From NCBI GenBank assembly GCA_035374585.1, contig DAOSPF010000002.1:565-64564 (forward strand): 64,000 nt of DNA. The letters run 5' to 3'. Below the pieces are notes generated by a model. That model was given only the letters and a program-made list of their open reading frames with translations, searched no databases and was not told the DNA's origin. The stretch comes from Bacteroidales bacterium. Lineage in GTDB: Bacteria > Bacteroidota > Bacteroidia > Bacteroidales > DTGW01. Made by a program: the position numbers and the translations under genes. Positions 46,817 through 56,575 of the stretch are shown here, piece by piece. Every line of letters begins with the position of its first letter. Position 1 is the first letter of the stretch.

Positions 46817-47580
46817 TGTTTGTACAAGCCAAAAAAAAATTAGGCCAGCATTTTCTGAATGATCAGAATATTGCTTTGAAGATTGTTGAGGCAATAGAAG
46901 GTCAACCTGGCCTTGTCATTGAAATAGGCCCGGGAATGGGCGTTTTGACGCAATTTCTTGTAAAAAAAATTGAAAATTTTATTGCCATTGAGATAGACCG
47001 CGAATCGGTTGAATATCTTACAAATAACAATATTATCAGTGAAAGTAAGCTCTTTCGTCAGGATTTTCTGAGGGCTGACTTGCAAAACCTTTTGAAAAAC
47101 AATACATGTATTATTGGCAATCTGCCATATAATATTTCCAGCCAGATATTTTTCAAAGTGTTGGAAAATAAACAGCAGATAACCCAAGTCGTGTGCATGG
47201 TACAAAAAGAGGTGGCAGAGCGTATTGCAGAACCTCCCGGTTCTAAAACCTACGGCATTCTTAGTGTTTTTTTACAGGCTTTTTATGATATTGAATATTT
47301 GTTTACCGTACACGAACATGTGTTTACACCTCCGCCTAAAGTAAAAAGCGCTGTGATACGGCTTAAACGAAACTGGAGACTTGAATTGCCTTGTGACGAA
47401 AAGATGTTTTTTACTGTGGTAAAAACGGCATTCAACCAACGTCGCAAAACAATGCGAAATTCGCTTCGTCCACTTTATCCTCCTGAGGCGCTTGCGGACC
47501 CGGTATTTGACAAACGCCCTGAACAGTTATGTGTTGAGGAGTTTATAGAGTTAACAAAGATGCTGGAGCCAAAAGATTAA
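46816..47580 (+). CDS. rsmA: 16S rRNA (adenine1518/1519-N6)-dimethyltransferase
   Basis: LGQHFL, EIGPGMGVLT, GNLPYNISS motifs. Confidence 0.9.
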   Translation: MFVQAKKKLGQHFLNDQNIALKIVEAIEGQPGLVIEIGPGMGVLTQFLVKKIENFIAIEIDRESVEYLTNNNIISESKLFRQDFLRADLQNLLKNNTCIIGNLPYNISSQIFFKVLENKQQITQVVCMVQKEVAERIAEPPGSKTYGILSVFLQAFYDIEYLFTVHEHVFTPPPKVKSAVIRLKRNWRLELPCDEKMFFTVVKTAFNQRRKTMRNSLRPLYPPEALADPVFDKRPEQLCVEEFIELTKMLEPKD

Positions 47581-47777
47581 ATAATCCAATCTTTCTTTTT
47601 CTTGTAAATTACCCAATATCCAATGATTCCAATAATGGGCAAGAGCGTAATCATGGCCATAAAGGCATATTTGAAAATAGGCTTTTTGTAAGTTTCGTGT
47701 AAAATAATGAATGCGGTATAAACAAAGCCTACCGCAAACCCTACTATGATGAGCCCTCCTAAAATACTTCCAAACAT
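47577..47777 (-). CDS. small two-TM membrane protein (PLD-nuclease N-terminal-domain-like)
   Basis: 66 aa with two helices. LLPIIGIIGYWV resembles the PLDc_N motif. Confidence 0.4.
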   Translation of the reverse strand: MFGSILGGLIIVGFAVGFVYTAFIILHETYKKPIFKYAFMAMITLLPIIGIIGYWVIYKKKKDWII

Positions 47778-47782
47778 CTTTC

Positions 47783-49546
47783 TTATTCTGCGTCTAATTC
47801 AAAAGGTAAACGGGCTTGAATGCCTTGCATACTATGTACTTTGTTAGCTATACGAATATACTTTGTATATTCTGCATATTTTCCGGTGAACAATTTCATC
47901 ATAACTTCACCAGATAGCTCGTTGATAAACTTTTCCCATGGGTCTTGTTGTAAAGGGAGGTTTACAACCCTATACTTTTCAACTTTAGCCATTTTTGCTG
48001 CTTTTGCAATGGCATCATCTATATAGCCTAAGGTGTCAACCAGTCCGATTTTGAGGGCATCTGTAGCAGCCCAAACACGGCCTTGTCCAATATTGTCAAC
48101 ATCTTCAGCTTTCATTTTTCGGCCTTCAGCAACGTGATTGATAAAGGTGTTGTAAATACGTTCAATCTGGCTAAGCATCACTTTTTGTTCGTATTGGTCC
48201 ATAGCCCTTGTCCCGGATGGGAAGTCTGAGTGTCCTTCAGTCTTTACTACATCGGTGGTAATGCCCAGTTTTTCATTTAACAATTTTTTGGCGTTGAACA
48301 TCACTCCAAAAACACCTATTGAACCTGTAATGGTTGAAGGTTGCGCTATGATATAACTGGCAGGGCAAGCAATGTAATAACCTCCGCTGGCAGCTAAATC
48401 GCCCATAGAAGCTACTACAGGTTTTTCAGCAACAGTAAGGGCTACTTCACGCCAAATGATATCCGAAGCCAGAGCGCTGCCACCAGGAGAGTTGATACGG
48501 AACACAACTGCTTTGATTGACGTGTCTTTGCGGGCTTTGCGCAATGCTGCTGAAATCTTTTCTGACGAAATATACCCATCTGCGGCATCTCCCATCACTA
48601 CATCGCCAAAGGCATAGACTACAGCAATTTTGTTTTTGGCAACGCCCTCACCCGTAACAGCTTTAGGAACATTTTTGTATTTAGCCAAAGTCACCAGTTT
48701 GGGTTCCTTGTTGCTTGAACCACTTATTTTTAAGAGCTTAGCGAAAATCTGGTCTTTATATAACAGACTGTCAACTATGCCTGTTGCAACACAACTATCA
48801 GCATCTGATGTATTGAGGGTGTTTGCTATTTTTTTTACTTTTTCAGGGCTTATATTTCTTGATTTTGCAATGTCATTTACTGTGTTGTTCCAAATAGCAT
48901 CGAGCATTGCCTGAAGTTGCTCGCGGTTTTCGGGGCTCATCTTGTTGTTCAAAAAAGGTTCTACGGCACTTTTAAATTTACCATGACGTATAATTTGGGC
49001 TTCGATGCCTAACTTGTCCAAAGCGCCTTTAAAGAACATCACTTCAGCCTGTGCCCCTTTGAAGATGATACTACCTTCTGGGTTTAGATATACTTCGTCA
49101 GCTACAGATGCGAGATAATAAGCTCCTTGTGACATGTATTCGCCATAAGCAATGATCTTCTTTCCTGAAGTTTTGAATTGGAGAAGGGCATTGCGTATCT
49201 CTGAAATGGTTCCAATACTTGCCTGAATAACTGAAAGCTCTAAGTAGATGCCCCGAATGTTGGGGTCAACTTTTGCTTTTTCAATGTTTTCAAGAATTTC
49301 GTTAAGCCCGTCTTGTTTAGATTGTCCGTAGCCTATGTCAATATTGTCAAGAATCCCTTTGGAGCTTCTTTCAACAATTTCATTTTCAAGAGTGAGCTTT
49401 AATATGCTGTTGGGTTCAATGCTGGTAGCTTTTTCCATGTCTGAAACTAAAGCACTCATAATGCCAATAAAGACAAAAAACATAATGATGCCGGCTATAA
49501 AAACGCCTAATATTGAGGCCAATAAGGTTTTAAAGAAGCTTTTCAT
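47783..49546 (-). CDS. sppA: signal peptide peptidase SppA, 67K type
   Basis: N-terminal TM and two S49 peptidase halves (GEYMSQGAYYLAS; GDLAASGGYYIAC). Confidence 0.85.
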   Translation of the reverse strand: MKSFFKTLLASILGVFIAGIIMFFVFIGIMSALVSDMEKATSIEPNSILKLTLENEIVERSSKGILDNIDIGYGQSKQDGLNEILENIEKAKVDPNIRGIYLELSVIQASIGTISEIRNALLQFKTSGKKIIAYGEYMSQGAYYLASVADEVYLNPEGSIIFKGAQAEVMFFKGALDKLGIEAQIIRHGKFKSAVEPFLNNKMSPENREQLQAMLDAIWNNTVNDIAKSRNISPEKVKKIANTLNTSDADSCVATGIVDSLLYKDQIFAKLLKISGSSNKEPKLVTLAKYKNVPKAVTGEGVAKNKIAVVYAFGDVVMGDAADGYISSEKISAALRKARKDTSIKAVVFRINSPGGSALASDIIWREVALTVAEKPVVASMGDLAASGGYYIACPASYIIAQPSTITGSIGVFGVMFNAKKLLNEKLGITTDVVKTEGHSDFPSGTRAMDQYEQKVMLSQIERIYNTFINHVAEGRKMKAEDVDNIGQGRVWAATDALKIGLVDTLGYIDDAIAKAAKMAKVEKYRVVNLPLQQDPWEKFINELSGEVMMKLFTGKYAEYTKYIRIANKVHSMQGIQARLPFELDAE

Positions 49547-49662
49547 AAAGTTTTATTTTTATTTCTGATAAGACAACAAAGGTCATATTTTCCCGAAACA
49601 AAATTATAAATAAAAGGCTTAAACATAATTTTCACTAAGTTATTTACAATGCTTTCAGTGGC

Positions 49663-50826
49663 TTATTTTTTGTTTTTTAAATTTAGTTTTAAATATATAT
49701 AACCTATTATTCCGGCTGTTAAAGAGGCTAAAAGGATAGCTATTTTTGAGCCTGCAACAAGATGAGGGTCGTCAAATGCAAGCAATGTAATGAAGATAGA
49801 CATGGTAAACCCGATACCGGCTATAATTCCGGCACCAATAATATTAGTCCATTTTAAGTCTTTTGGAAGGGCACTCCATCCCAACGCAACACTTGCAAAA
49901 GCAAATAAAAATATTCCAATAGGTTTGCCAAAAATGAGCCCTGTCATTATACCAATGCTGTTATCGTGGGTAAGCGATGCAAACCAGTTGGGCTCAATAA
50001 CAATACAGGTATTGGCCATGGCAAATATAGGTAAAATGATAAATGGGACTGGCTTTTGCAACGCATGTTCAAGAATAGAAGAAGGCGATTTTTTGCTGCC
50101 ATCGACAAATGGTATGGCAAAAGCAAGCAATACTCCGGTGATAGTGGCATGAACTCCTGAATGTAGCATAAAATACCACATAATTGTCCCTCCTATGAGG
50201 TAAATAAAGAGTTTTTTAAATTTAAAATAATTAAATAAAAGCAATATCCCAAATATACCAAGGGCTATTAATAAGTTGAGAACAGAAAGGTCCGAAGTAT
50301 AAAACAAGGCGATAACTATAATGGCGCCCAAGTCATCAATGATGGCCAATGCCGTTAAAAAGATTTTTAGAGAAGCTGGGACTTTGTTGCCAAGCAGTGA
50401 CAATATCCCAATGGAGAAGGCTATATCAGTAGCCATGGGGATGCCTGTACCTGATTGGGTTATTTTTCCAATATTGAATGCTGTATATAGCAGCGCGGGG
50501 ACAATCATCCCTCCTAAAGCCCCAAATACTGGCAGAGAGGCATTTTTGATGTTAGATAGTTCTCCTTTGTATATTTCTCTTTTGATTTCTAAACCTATTA
50601 AAAGAAAAAACACGGTCATTAGGCCATCGTTGATCCAATGTTCTAAGTTGTGGTTGGCAACCGGAAACCCCCAAATACTTTTGTAGGCATCATGCCATGA
50701 AGTATTGGCCAATATTAATGATATAATTGTGACTGCAACAAGAATAATACCCCCTGTTTTCTCGTTTTCCAAAAATTCTTTGAAAATCTTTGAAAACCTT
50801 GTTTCTGAAATTCTTTTCTTTATCAT
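49663..50826 (-). CDS. nhaA: Na+/H+ antiporter NhaA
   Basis: ALAIIDDLGAIIVIALFYT (the DD motif) and a 12-TM-like profile. Confidence 0.9.
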   Translation of the reverse strand: MIKKRISETRFSKIFKEFLENEKTGGIILVAVTIISLILANTSWHDAYKSIWGFPVANHNLEHWINDGLMTVFFLLIGLEIKREIYKGELSNIKNASLPVFGALGGMIVPALLYTAFNIGKITQSGTGIPMATDIAFSIGILSLLGNKVPASLKIFLTALAIIDDLGAIIVIALFYTSDLSVLNLLIALGIFGILLLFNYFKFKKLFIYLIGGTIMWYFMLHSGVHATITGVLLAFAIPFVDGSKKSPSSILEHALQKPVPFIILPIFAMANTCIVIEPNWFASLTHDNSIGIMTGLIFGKPIGIFLFAFASVALGWSALPKDLKWTNIIGAGIIAGIGFTMSIFITLLAFDDPHLVAGSKIAILLASLTAGIIGYIYLKLNLKNKK

Positions 50827-50887
50827 GGTGAAAATTTGTTTATCAGTTTGTAAAATTAGGAAAACAATTTTTTTAGGTTGCTAATAT

Positions 50888-52183
50888 TCAATATTTATTG
50901 TGCATTAATGATTCAATGGCATCAGCGTCAATAGGGATGTCAATACTTAAGTTGATACCACCATCCTGAGTTATCAGGATATCATTTTCAAGACGAATGC
51001 CAATACCTTCTTCTGCAATATATATGCCAGGTTCGCAGGTAATAACCATATTTTCTTCCAGCGTATCATGTTTGTTGTTGGGGTCATGTACATCAATTCC
51101 TAATGAGTGGGCTACTCCGTGCATCAGATATTTTCTGTACAAAAGTTTTTCGGGTAGTTGCTTTTTGAGCTCTGCTGGTGTAATTAGTTTGAGGTCAACA
51201 AGCTCTTTTTCAATAAAAGGTATTGTTTGTTGGTTTAGTGCTTCAATAGAAATACCTGGCTTTATCATAGATATGATGTTGTTGTGAAGCCTGTACACGG
51301 CTTCATACACTTGGCGTTGCCTGCTTGTAAATCGGCCGTTTACAGGGACAGTTCGCGTAATGTCTGCATTGTAATAGTTGTGTTCAGCGCCAATATCCAT
51401 CAAAATAAGGTCACCATCGTTGCAAATGCAGTCATTATTGATGTAGTGCAAGATACATGCATTTGCCCCACTTGCAATAATTGGCAAAAATCCATGCCCA
51501 TTTGCTCCATTTCGAATAAATTCGGCTGTTATTTCAGCTTCAATCTCGTATTCCCTTTTCCCCGGGCTGATTACTTTCAGAGAACTGAGAAAACCTTTGC
51601 GGGTAATGTCAATGGCTTTTTTGATTTGTTGTATTTCCGCTTCTTCCTTGATTCTTCTTAAGCTGTGAATGATAGGGCTCAGGCGTTCAAAGTGATGCAA
51701 GGGATGAACCTCTTGTATATAATGTGCCAGCTTGCGCTGATTAACCGGAATGTCGTATGCGGTTTTTGCAATATCTGTAATTGGCAGGTAAAATGTTTTT
51801 ATTTTTTCGGCGAAGCTTGAAACGATTGCTTCAAATTCATTAGCCAACATTATTTTCTTTATTCCTGATAAGAGGGTAGCTTTTTCGGAAGTTAAAATAT
51901 TGCCGTTCCACGTTTTATCGTGTTCTGTAATTTCGGGGATAAACAAAACTTCCCGAAATTCAGCTTTGTCATGGTCGGGCGAAAGCATTAGAATAGCATT
52001 GGGATGGTTTATACCTGTTAAGTAATAAAAATCACTGTTTTGTCTGAATGGATAATGTTGGTCAGCAGTAGAAATTATATTACTTGCGGCAGGTATTATG
52101 GCTAAAGAATGTGGTGGCAGTATTTTCAACAGTTTTTGTCTGTTTTTTTCAAAAAAGTAACTGTTTATTGGTGTTGTACGCAT
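50888..52183 (-). CDS. pepP: Xaa-Pro aminopeptidase (M24B)
   Basis: Metal ligand pattern LMDIGAEHNYYNADITRT, HGVAHSLGIDVHD, EPGIY, ENDILIT. ATG at 52183 preferred over the TTG at 52219. Confidence 0.85.
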   Translation of the reverse strand: MRTTPINSYFFEKNRQKLLKILPPHSLAIIPAASNIISTADQHYPFRQNSDFYYLTGINHPNAILMLSPDHDKAEFREVLFIPEITEHDKTWNGNILTSEKATLLSGIKKIMLANEFEAIVSSFAEKIKTFYLPITDIAKTAYDIPVNQRKLAHYIQEVHPLHHFERLSPIIHSLRRIKEEAEIQQIKKAIDITRKGFLSSLKVISPGKREYEIEAEITAEFIRNGANGHGFLPIIASGANACILHYINNDCICNDGDLILMDIGAEHNYYNADITRTVPVNGRFTSRQRQVYEAVYRLHNNIISMIKPGISIEALNQQTIPFIEKELVDLKLITPAELKKQLPEKLLYRKYLMHGVAHSLGIDVHDPNNKHDTLEENMVITCEPGIYIAEEGIGIRLENDILITQDGGINLSIDIPIDADAIESLMHNKY

Positions 52184-52278
52184 AGGATATAAATTTTTTG
52201 TATAAAAGTCAAAAGGCAATTACATTTTTTGCTTTTCTCCTTTCGCCTCATTTTTTCTCTCTTAGCTTTTTTATCAGG

Positions 52279-52578
52279 CTATTTAACATCTTTTTCTATA
52301 AATAGTTTTAGCATATTCCCTCGAGATGAAATTTACTTTTATAGCTATTTCGAACCGGGTTTGTAATGCAAACAAAGAACCTCCACTTTATTTCCAGAAA
52401 GTGTATGTTGATATCCATATCTTTCTGCAATGCCTGAAGGGATAGACATTGCACTTCTTTGAGATGTTAGCGAAAAAATTTCTTCTTTCAGTAATTGCTT
52501 AGTAAGTGCATAGATTTGTTTTACCAATTCAATAGCTTTCTGCCATACAATCAAATCTCTATAAGAATTCATAATCAA
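52279..52578 (-). pseudogene. decayed four-helix-bundle protein gene (23S rRNA IVS protein family)
   Basis: N-terminal 60 aa are family-typical (YRDLIVWQKAIELVKQIYALTKQL..EEIFSLTSQ.RSAMSIPSGIAE). Downstream, the same frame reads PGSK*L*K*ISSRGNMLKLFIEKDVK*, with three in-frame stops and length loss. Confidence 0.6.
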
Positions 52579-52614
52579 AATATAATTACAATCATTCCCT
52601 TTTTATGCCTTTTC

Positions 52615-52637
52615 CTTTCTTTCTTTCTTTCTTTCTT
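52615..52637. repeat. tetranucleotide microsatellite (CTTT)x5.75
   Basis: Read directly as cttt cttt cttt cttt cttt ctt, inside a pyrimidine-rich tract upstream of the relic gene. Confidence 0.85.
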
Positions 52638-52697
52638 GTATCTTATCTATACTCAATCTAAATAGTGAAAATTTTTGCCAGATCACATTCAAGCATT

Positions 52698-52705
52698 TAA
52701 ATTTG
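52698..52705 (+). promoter_or_regulatory. candidate -7 promoter box TAnnTTTG (TAAATTTG)
   Basis: Exact motif 66 nt upstream of the sdhC ATG at 52772. Confidence 0.4.
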
Positions 52706-52771
52706 CAGCTCATTAAAACGAGAGAAGAAAATCTTTTCAAGTGCAATTTAAAAAAACTTTATTGAATTGAT

Positions 52772-53434
52772 ATGAGTAATCTGGTAAATTCTTCTATTGG
52801 CAAAAAGCTGATGATGGGGCTTGCAGGGCTATTTCTGTGTGCTTTTCTTTTGGTCCACCTTGGGATCAACTTATTGATTTTGTTAAATGACGGAGGTGAA
52901 GCTTATCGAATGGGAGTTGAATTTATGACTACCAATATTCTTATAAAAATTATGGAGATATTTTTGTTTGGAGGTTTTTTGCTTCATATTGTTTATGCTA
53001 TCTATGTACAGGTCCAAAATTGGTTTGCGCGCCCGATACGTTATGCAAAGACTAACCATTCACAGACCTCTTTCTTTTCTAAGTATATGATTCATACAGG
53101 TGTTATTATAGGCATCTTCCTGGTTTTGCACTTTATCAACTTTTATTTTGTTAAGCTGGGTATTGTTGCTGTACCTGAAGGAGCAGAGGGGAAGCATGAC
53201 TTCTATAACATGGTGCTTAACTTGTTCAAAAACCCTGTTTATTCATGGATATATGTAGTTTTCATGATTGGGCTTGCATTTCACCTCAATCATGCATTCC
53301 AGAGTGCATTTCAGACTCTTGGCTGGAACCACAAAAAATACACCCCGATTATCAATTTTGTTGGAACTGCATATTCTATTGTTGTACCTGCAGGGTTTGC
53401 TATTATTCCTATATATGTGTTGTATATAATGTAA
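52772..53434 (+). CDS. sdhC: succinate dehydrogenase/fumarate reductase cytochrome b subunit (Bacteroidota type)
   Basis: 220 aa, five TMs with conserved His residues (LVHLGINL, FLLHIVYA, VLHFINF, AFHLNHAF). Operon position. Confidence 0.8.
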   Translation: MSNLVNSSIGKKLMMGLAGLFLCAFLLVHLGINLLILLNDGGEAYRMGVEFMTTNILIKIMEIFLFGGFLLHIVYAIYVQVQNWFARPIRYAKTNHSQTSFFSKYMIHTGVIIGIFLVLHFINFYFVKLGIVAVPEGAEGKHDFYNMVLNLFKNPVYSWIYVVFMIGLAFHLNHAFQSAFQTLGWNHKKYTPIINFVGTAYSIVVPAGFAIIPIYVLYIM

Positions 53435-53574
53435 GCTCCTCTTTAATCACCCCCAAGGGGAGGATGCTAAAGCAAATGATTAAGAAAGTATGAAATTAAA
53501 ATATAATATAATTTAGAGTTGACTTTCGCCCCTCTTTTGGAGGGGTTGGGGGAGGCTTCTTAAATATTTTTTGT

Positions 53575-55509
53575 ATGAGTTTAAATTCAAAAATACCATC
53601 AGGGCCACTCGAACAGAAGTGGAGCTATTACAAGAGCCATCAAAACCTGGTGAACCCTGCAAACAAGCGTAAGCTTGATGTAATTGTTGTTGGAACTGGC
53701 CTTGCAGGGGCATCTGCTGCTGCTTCACTTGGTGAGCTTGGTTTTAATGTTAAAGTTTTTTGTTACCAGGATAGTCCGCGTCGTGCCCATAGTATTGCTG
53801 CGCAAGGGGGTATTAATGCTGCAAAAAATTACCCTAACGATGGCGATAGCGTATATCGATTGTTTTACGATACAATAAAAGGTGGAGATTACCGTGCACG
53901 TGAGGCAAACGTTTATCGTCTGGCAGAAGTAAGCGGGAACATTATTGACCAGTGTGTTGCCCAAGGGGTCCCTTTTGCTCGCGAGTATGGCGGGTTGCTT
54001 GACAACCGTTCATTCGGAGGGGCACAGGTAAGCCGTACATTTTATGCTCGTGGCCAGACCGGGCAACAGTTGTTACTTGGTGCTTACAGCGCTTTGAGCC
54101 GCCAGATTGAAAAAGGTACGGTGAAAATGTACAACCGTACCGAAATGCTTGATGTTGTTCTTGTTGATGGCAAAGCTCGTGGTATTATCACCCGTAACCT
54201 TGTAACCGGGGCGATTGAACGTCATTTTGGCCATGCTGTGGTACTTGCAACAGGTGGATATGGCAACGTCTTTTTTCTTTCGACCAATGCAATGGGCTCA
54301 AACGGAAGTGCAGCTATGCAAGCTTATCGCAGAGGCGCATACTTTGCTAATCCTTGTTTTGCACAGATCCACCCAACATGTATCCCTGTACATGGCGATT
54401 ATCAGAGTAAACTTACCTTGATGTCAGAGTCATTGCGTAACGATGGCCGTATTTGGGTGCCAAAGGATAAAACGGTATCTGAAAAACTTCGCAAAGGCTT
54501 GATGAAGCCAACGGATGTGAAAGAAGAAGACCGTGATTATTACCTCGAACGCCGTTACCCTGCTTTTGGAAACCTCGTTCCTCGCGACGTAGCCTCGCGT
54601 GCTGCAAAAGAACGTTGCGATGCAGGTTATGGGGTGGGCGCTACCGGATTGGCTGTATATCTTGACTTTTCAACTGCTATTCAACGTTTGGGCAAACATG
54701 TTATTGAGGAACGTTATGGAAATCTTTTTCAGATGTACGAAAAGATTGTAGATGAGAACCCATACGAGACCCCAATGATGATTTATCCTGCCATTCACTA
54801 TACTATGGGAGGTATTTGGGTTGATTACGAGCTTATGACTACTATCCCAGGTTTATATGCCATTGGTGAAGCCAACTTTAGCGATCATGGCGCTAATCGC
54901 CTTGGTGCTTCAGCTTTGATGCAAGGTTTGGCAGATGGATATTTTATTTTGCCTTATACTATTCAAAACTATTTGGCCGGAGAGATTCGTACTCCCCGTA
55001 TGAGTACTGATGCTGCTGAGTTTGTTAAAACTGAAGCTGAGGTAAAAGAGCGTATTAAAAAGATTATTAACATTAAGGGCAAGCATAGCGTTGATTCATT
55101 TCACAAACGTCTTGGACATATCATGTGGGAATATGTTGGGATGGGACGTACCCGCGAAAGCCTTACCAAAGCTATTGAACTGATTGTTGCCCTTCGTGCT
55201 GAATACTGGAAAGAGGTATATGTACCCGGAACAAATGATGAGTTTAATCCTGAATTGGAAAAAGCTTTGCGTGTTGCCGATTTCTTAGAGCTGGGCGAGA
55301 TGATGGCCCGTGACGCCCTCAATCGTGAAGAAAGCTGTGGCGGGCATTTTCGTGAAGAATATCAAACCGAAGATGGAGAAGCATTACGTAATGATGATAA
55401 GTTTATGTATGCCTCAGCTTGGGAGTACAAAGGTGATGCGGCTCCTGAAATGCATAAGGAGCCTTTAAATTATGAGTTCATTGAAGTAAAACAAAGAAAT
55501 TATAAATAG
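53575..55509 (+). CDS. sdhA: succinate dehydrogenase/fumarate reductase flavoprotein subunit
   Basis: FAD motifs [41 protein letters not shown]. Confidence 0.95.
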   Translation: MSLNSKIPSGPLEQKWSYYKSHQNLVNPANKRKLDVIVVGTGLAGASAAASLGELGFNVKVFCYQDSPRRAHSIAAQGGINAAKNYPNDGDSVYRLFYDTIKGGDYRAREANVYRLAEVSGNIIDQCVAQGVPFAREYGGLLDNRSFGGAQVSRTFYARGQTGQQLLLGAYSALSRQIEKGTVKMYNRTEMLDVVLVDGKARGIITRNLVTGAIERHFGHAVVLATGGYGNVFFLSTNAMGSNGSAAMQAYRRGAYFANPCFAQIHPTCIPVHGDYQSKLTLMSESLRNDGRIWVPKDKTVSEKLRKGLMKPTDVKEEDRDYYLERRYPAFGNLVPRDVASRAAKERCDAGYGVGATGLAVYLDFSTAIQRLGKHVIEERYGNLFQMYEKIVDENPYETPMMIYPAIHYTMGGIWVDYELMTTIPGLYAIGEANFSDHGANRLGASALMQGLADGYFILPYTIQNYLAGEIRTPRMSTDAAEFVKTEAEVKERIKKIINIKGKHSVDSFHKRLGHIMWEYVGMGRTRESLTKAIELIVALRAEYWKEVYVPGTNDEFNPELEKALRVADFLELGEMMARDALNREESCGGHFREEYQTEDGEALRNDDKFMYASAWEYKGDAAPEMHKEPLNYEFIEVKQRNYK

Positions 55510-55512
55510 AGA

Positions 55513-55621
55513 CAAGAGCCAAGAATCAAGAACAAAGAGTATAGACTCTTGATTCAATGATGACTTTGGTGTAAGAGCTTTATAAATTTAAAAATTAAAT
55601 TTTCTTGATTCTTGGCTCTTG
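55513..55621. repeat. 20-bp perfect inverted repeat (CAAGAGCCAAGAATCAAGAA / TTCTTGATTCTTGGCTCTTG) enclosing 69 bp, inside the sdhA-sdhB spacer
   Basis: Arms at 55513-55532 and 55602-55621. Inner hairpin aagagt-atag-actctt at 55535-55550. Extra CTTGATTC copies at 55548-55555 and 55625-55632. Confidence 0.85.
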
Positions 55622-55646
55622 GTTCTTGATTCTAAAAAGATAAAAT

Positions 55647-56402
55647 ATGGAATCAAAAGGTTTAAACCTCACCCTAAAGATTTGGCGTCAGGAGAACGCT
55701 AAGGCAAAAGGAAAATTTGTAACATACGAAGTAAAAAATATTTCGCCTGACTGCTCATTTCTTGAAATGCTTGACCAGTTGAACGAAACACTGGTCGAAA
55801 AATTTGAGATGCCCGTTTGCTTTGACCACGATTGTCGCGAGGGTATTTGTGGTATGTGCAGTTTGTATATCAATGGCAGGCCTCATGGCAATGATAGTGG
55901 AGTTACTACCTGTCAGTTGCACATGCGTAAGTTCAAAGATGGCGATACTATTTATATCGAACCCTGGAGAGCTAAGGCATTTCCTGTAATTCGCGACTTG
56001 GTTGTTGATCGTTCTGCTTTTGACAAAATTATTCAGGCTGGTGGGTATGTTTCAGTCAATACCGGAGGGGTGCCTGATGCTAATGCCATTGCTATTCGTA
56101 AAGAAAATGCAGACTTGGCAATGGATGCTGCTCAATGTATTGGTTGTGGCGCTTGTGTGGCTGCTTGTAAAAATGCTTCGGCTATGTTATTTGTGTCTGC
56201 AAAAGTTTCGCACCTGGCTTTGTTGCCCCAGGGCAAGATTGAGGCTAAAGAACGTGTAGAAGCTATGGTTAGCCGCATGGACGAGCTTGGTTTCGGGAAC
56301 TGTTCAAACACTGGTGCTTGTGAGGCAGAGTGCCCTAAAGAAATTAAGATTACCAATATTGCCCGTTTGAATAGAGAATATATCTGTTCGAAACTGGGTT
56401 AG
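55647..56402 (+). CDS. sdhB: succinate dehydrogenase/fumarate reductase iron-sulfur subunit
   Basis: Cluster motifs [32 protein letters not shown]. Confidence 0.95.
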   Translation: MESKGLNLTLKIWRQENAKAKGKFVTYEVKNISPDCSFLEMLDQLNETLVEKFEMPVCFDHDCREGICGMCSLYINGRPHGNDSGVTTCQLHMRKFKDGDTIYIEPWRAKAFPVIRDLVVDRSAFDKIIQAGGYVSVNTGGVPDANAIAIRKENADLAMDAAQCIGCGACVAACKNASAMLFVSAKVSHLALLPQGKIEAKERVEAMVSRMDELGFGNCSNTGACEAECPKEIKITNIARLNREYICSKLG

Positions 56403-56417
56403 TTTAAATAAACACAG

Positions 56418-56461
56418 AGGCACAAAAACACGGAGGAACACTGTGTTTTTGTGCCTTTTTT
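56418..56461 (+). terminator. strong rho-independent terminator of the sdh operon
   Basis: aggcacaaaaacac-(11 nt)-gtgtttttgtgcct (14-bp stem) followed by ttttt. Confidence 0.8.
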
Positions 56462-56575
56462 AATTTATTATTAAACTTTATTTTTAATCTATGGTTTATC
56501 AACACAAGTACATAAATTTATTGGAATAGATTATATCTCTGTGTTTTAGTGTCTTTGTGTTTAAAAGTATTGATT

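Noticed and set aside
52345-52365. tRNA T-arm-like GGTTCGAA on the minus strand
   Set aside because: There is no acceptor stem, D-arm or anticodon arm around it. It lies inside the decayed four-helix-bundle reading frame.
53539-53555. G-quadruplex (GG A GGGG TT GGGGG A GG)
   Set aside because: Only four short G-runs with two of length 2. Hairpin pairing with the adjacent C-run (53529-53534) explains the sequence more simply. It is mentioned within the spacer finding only.
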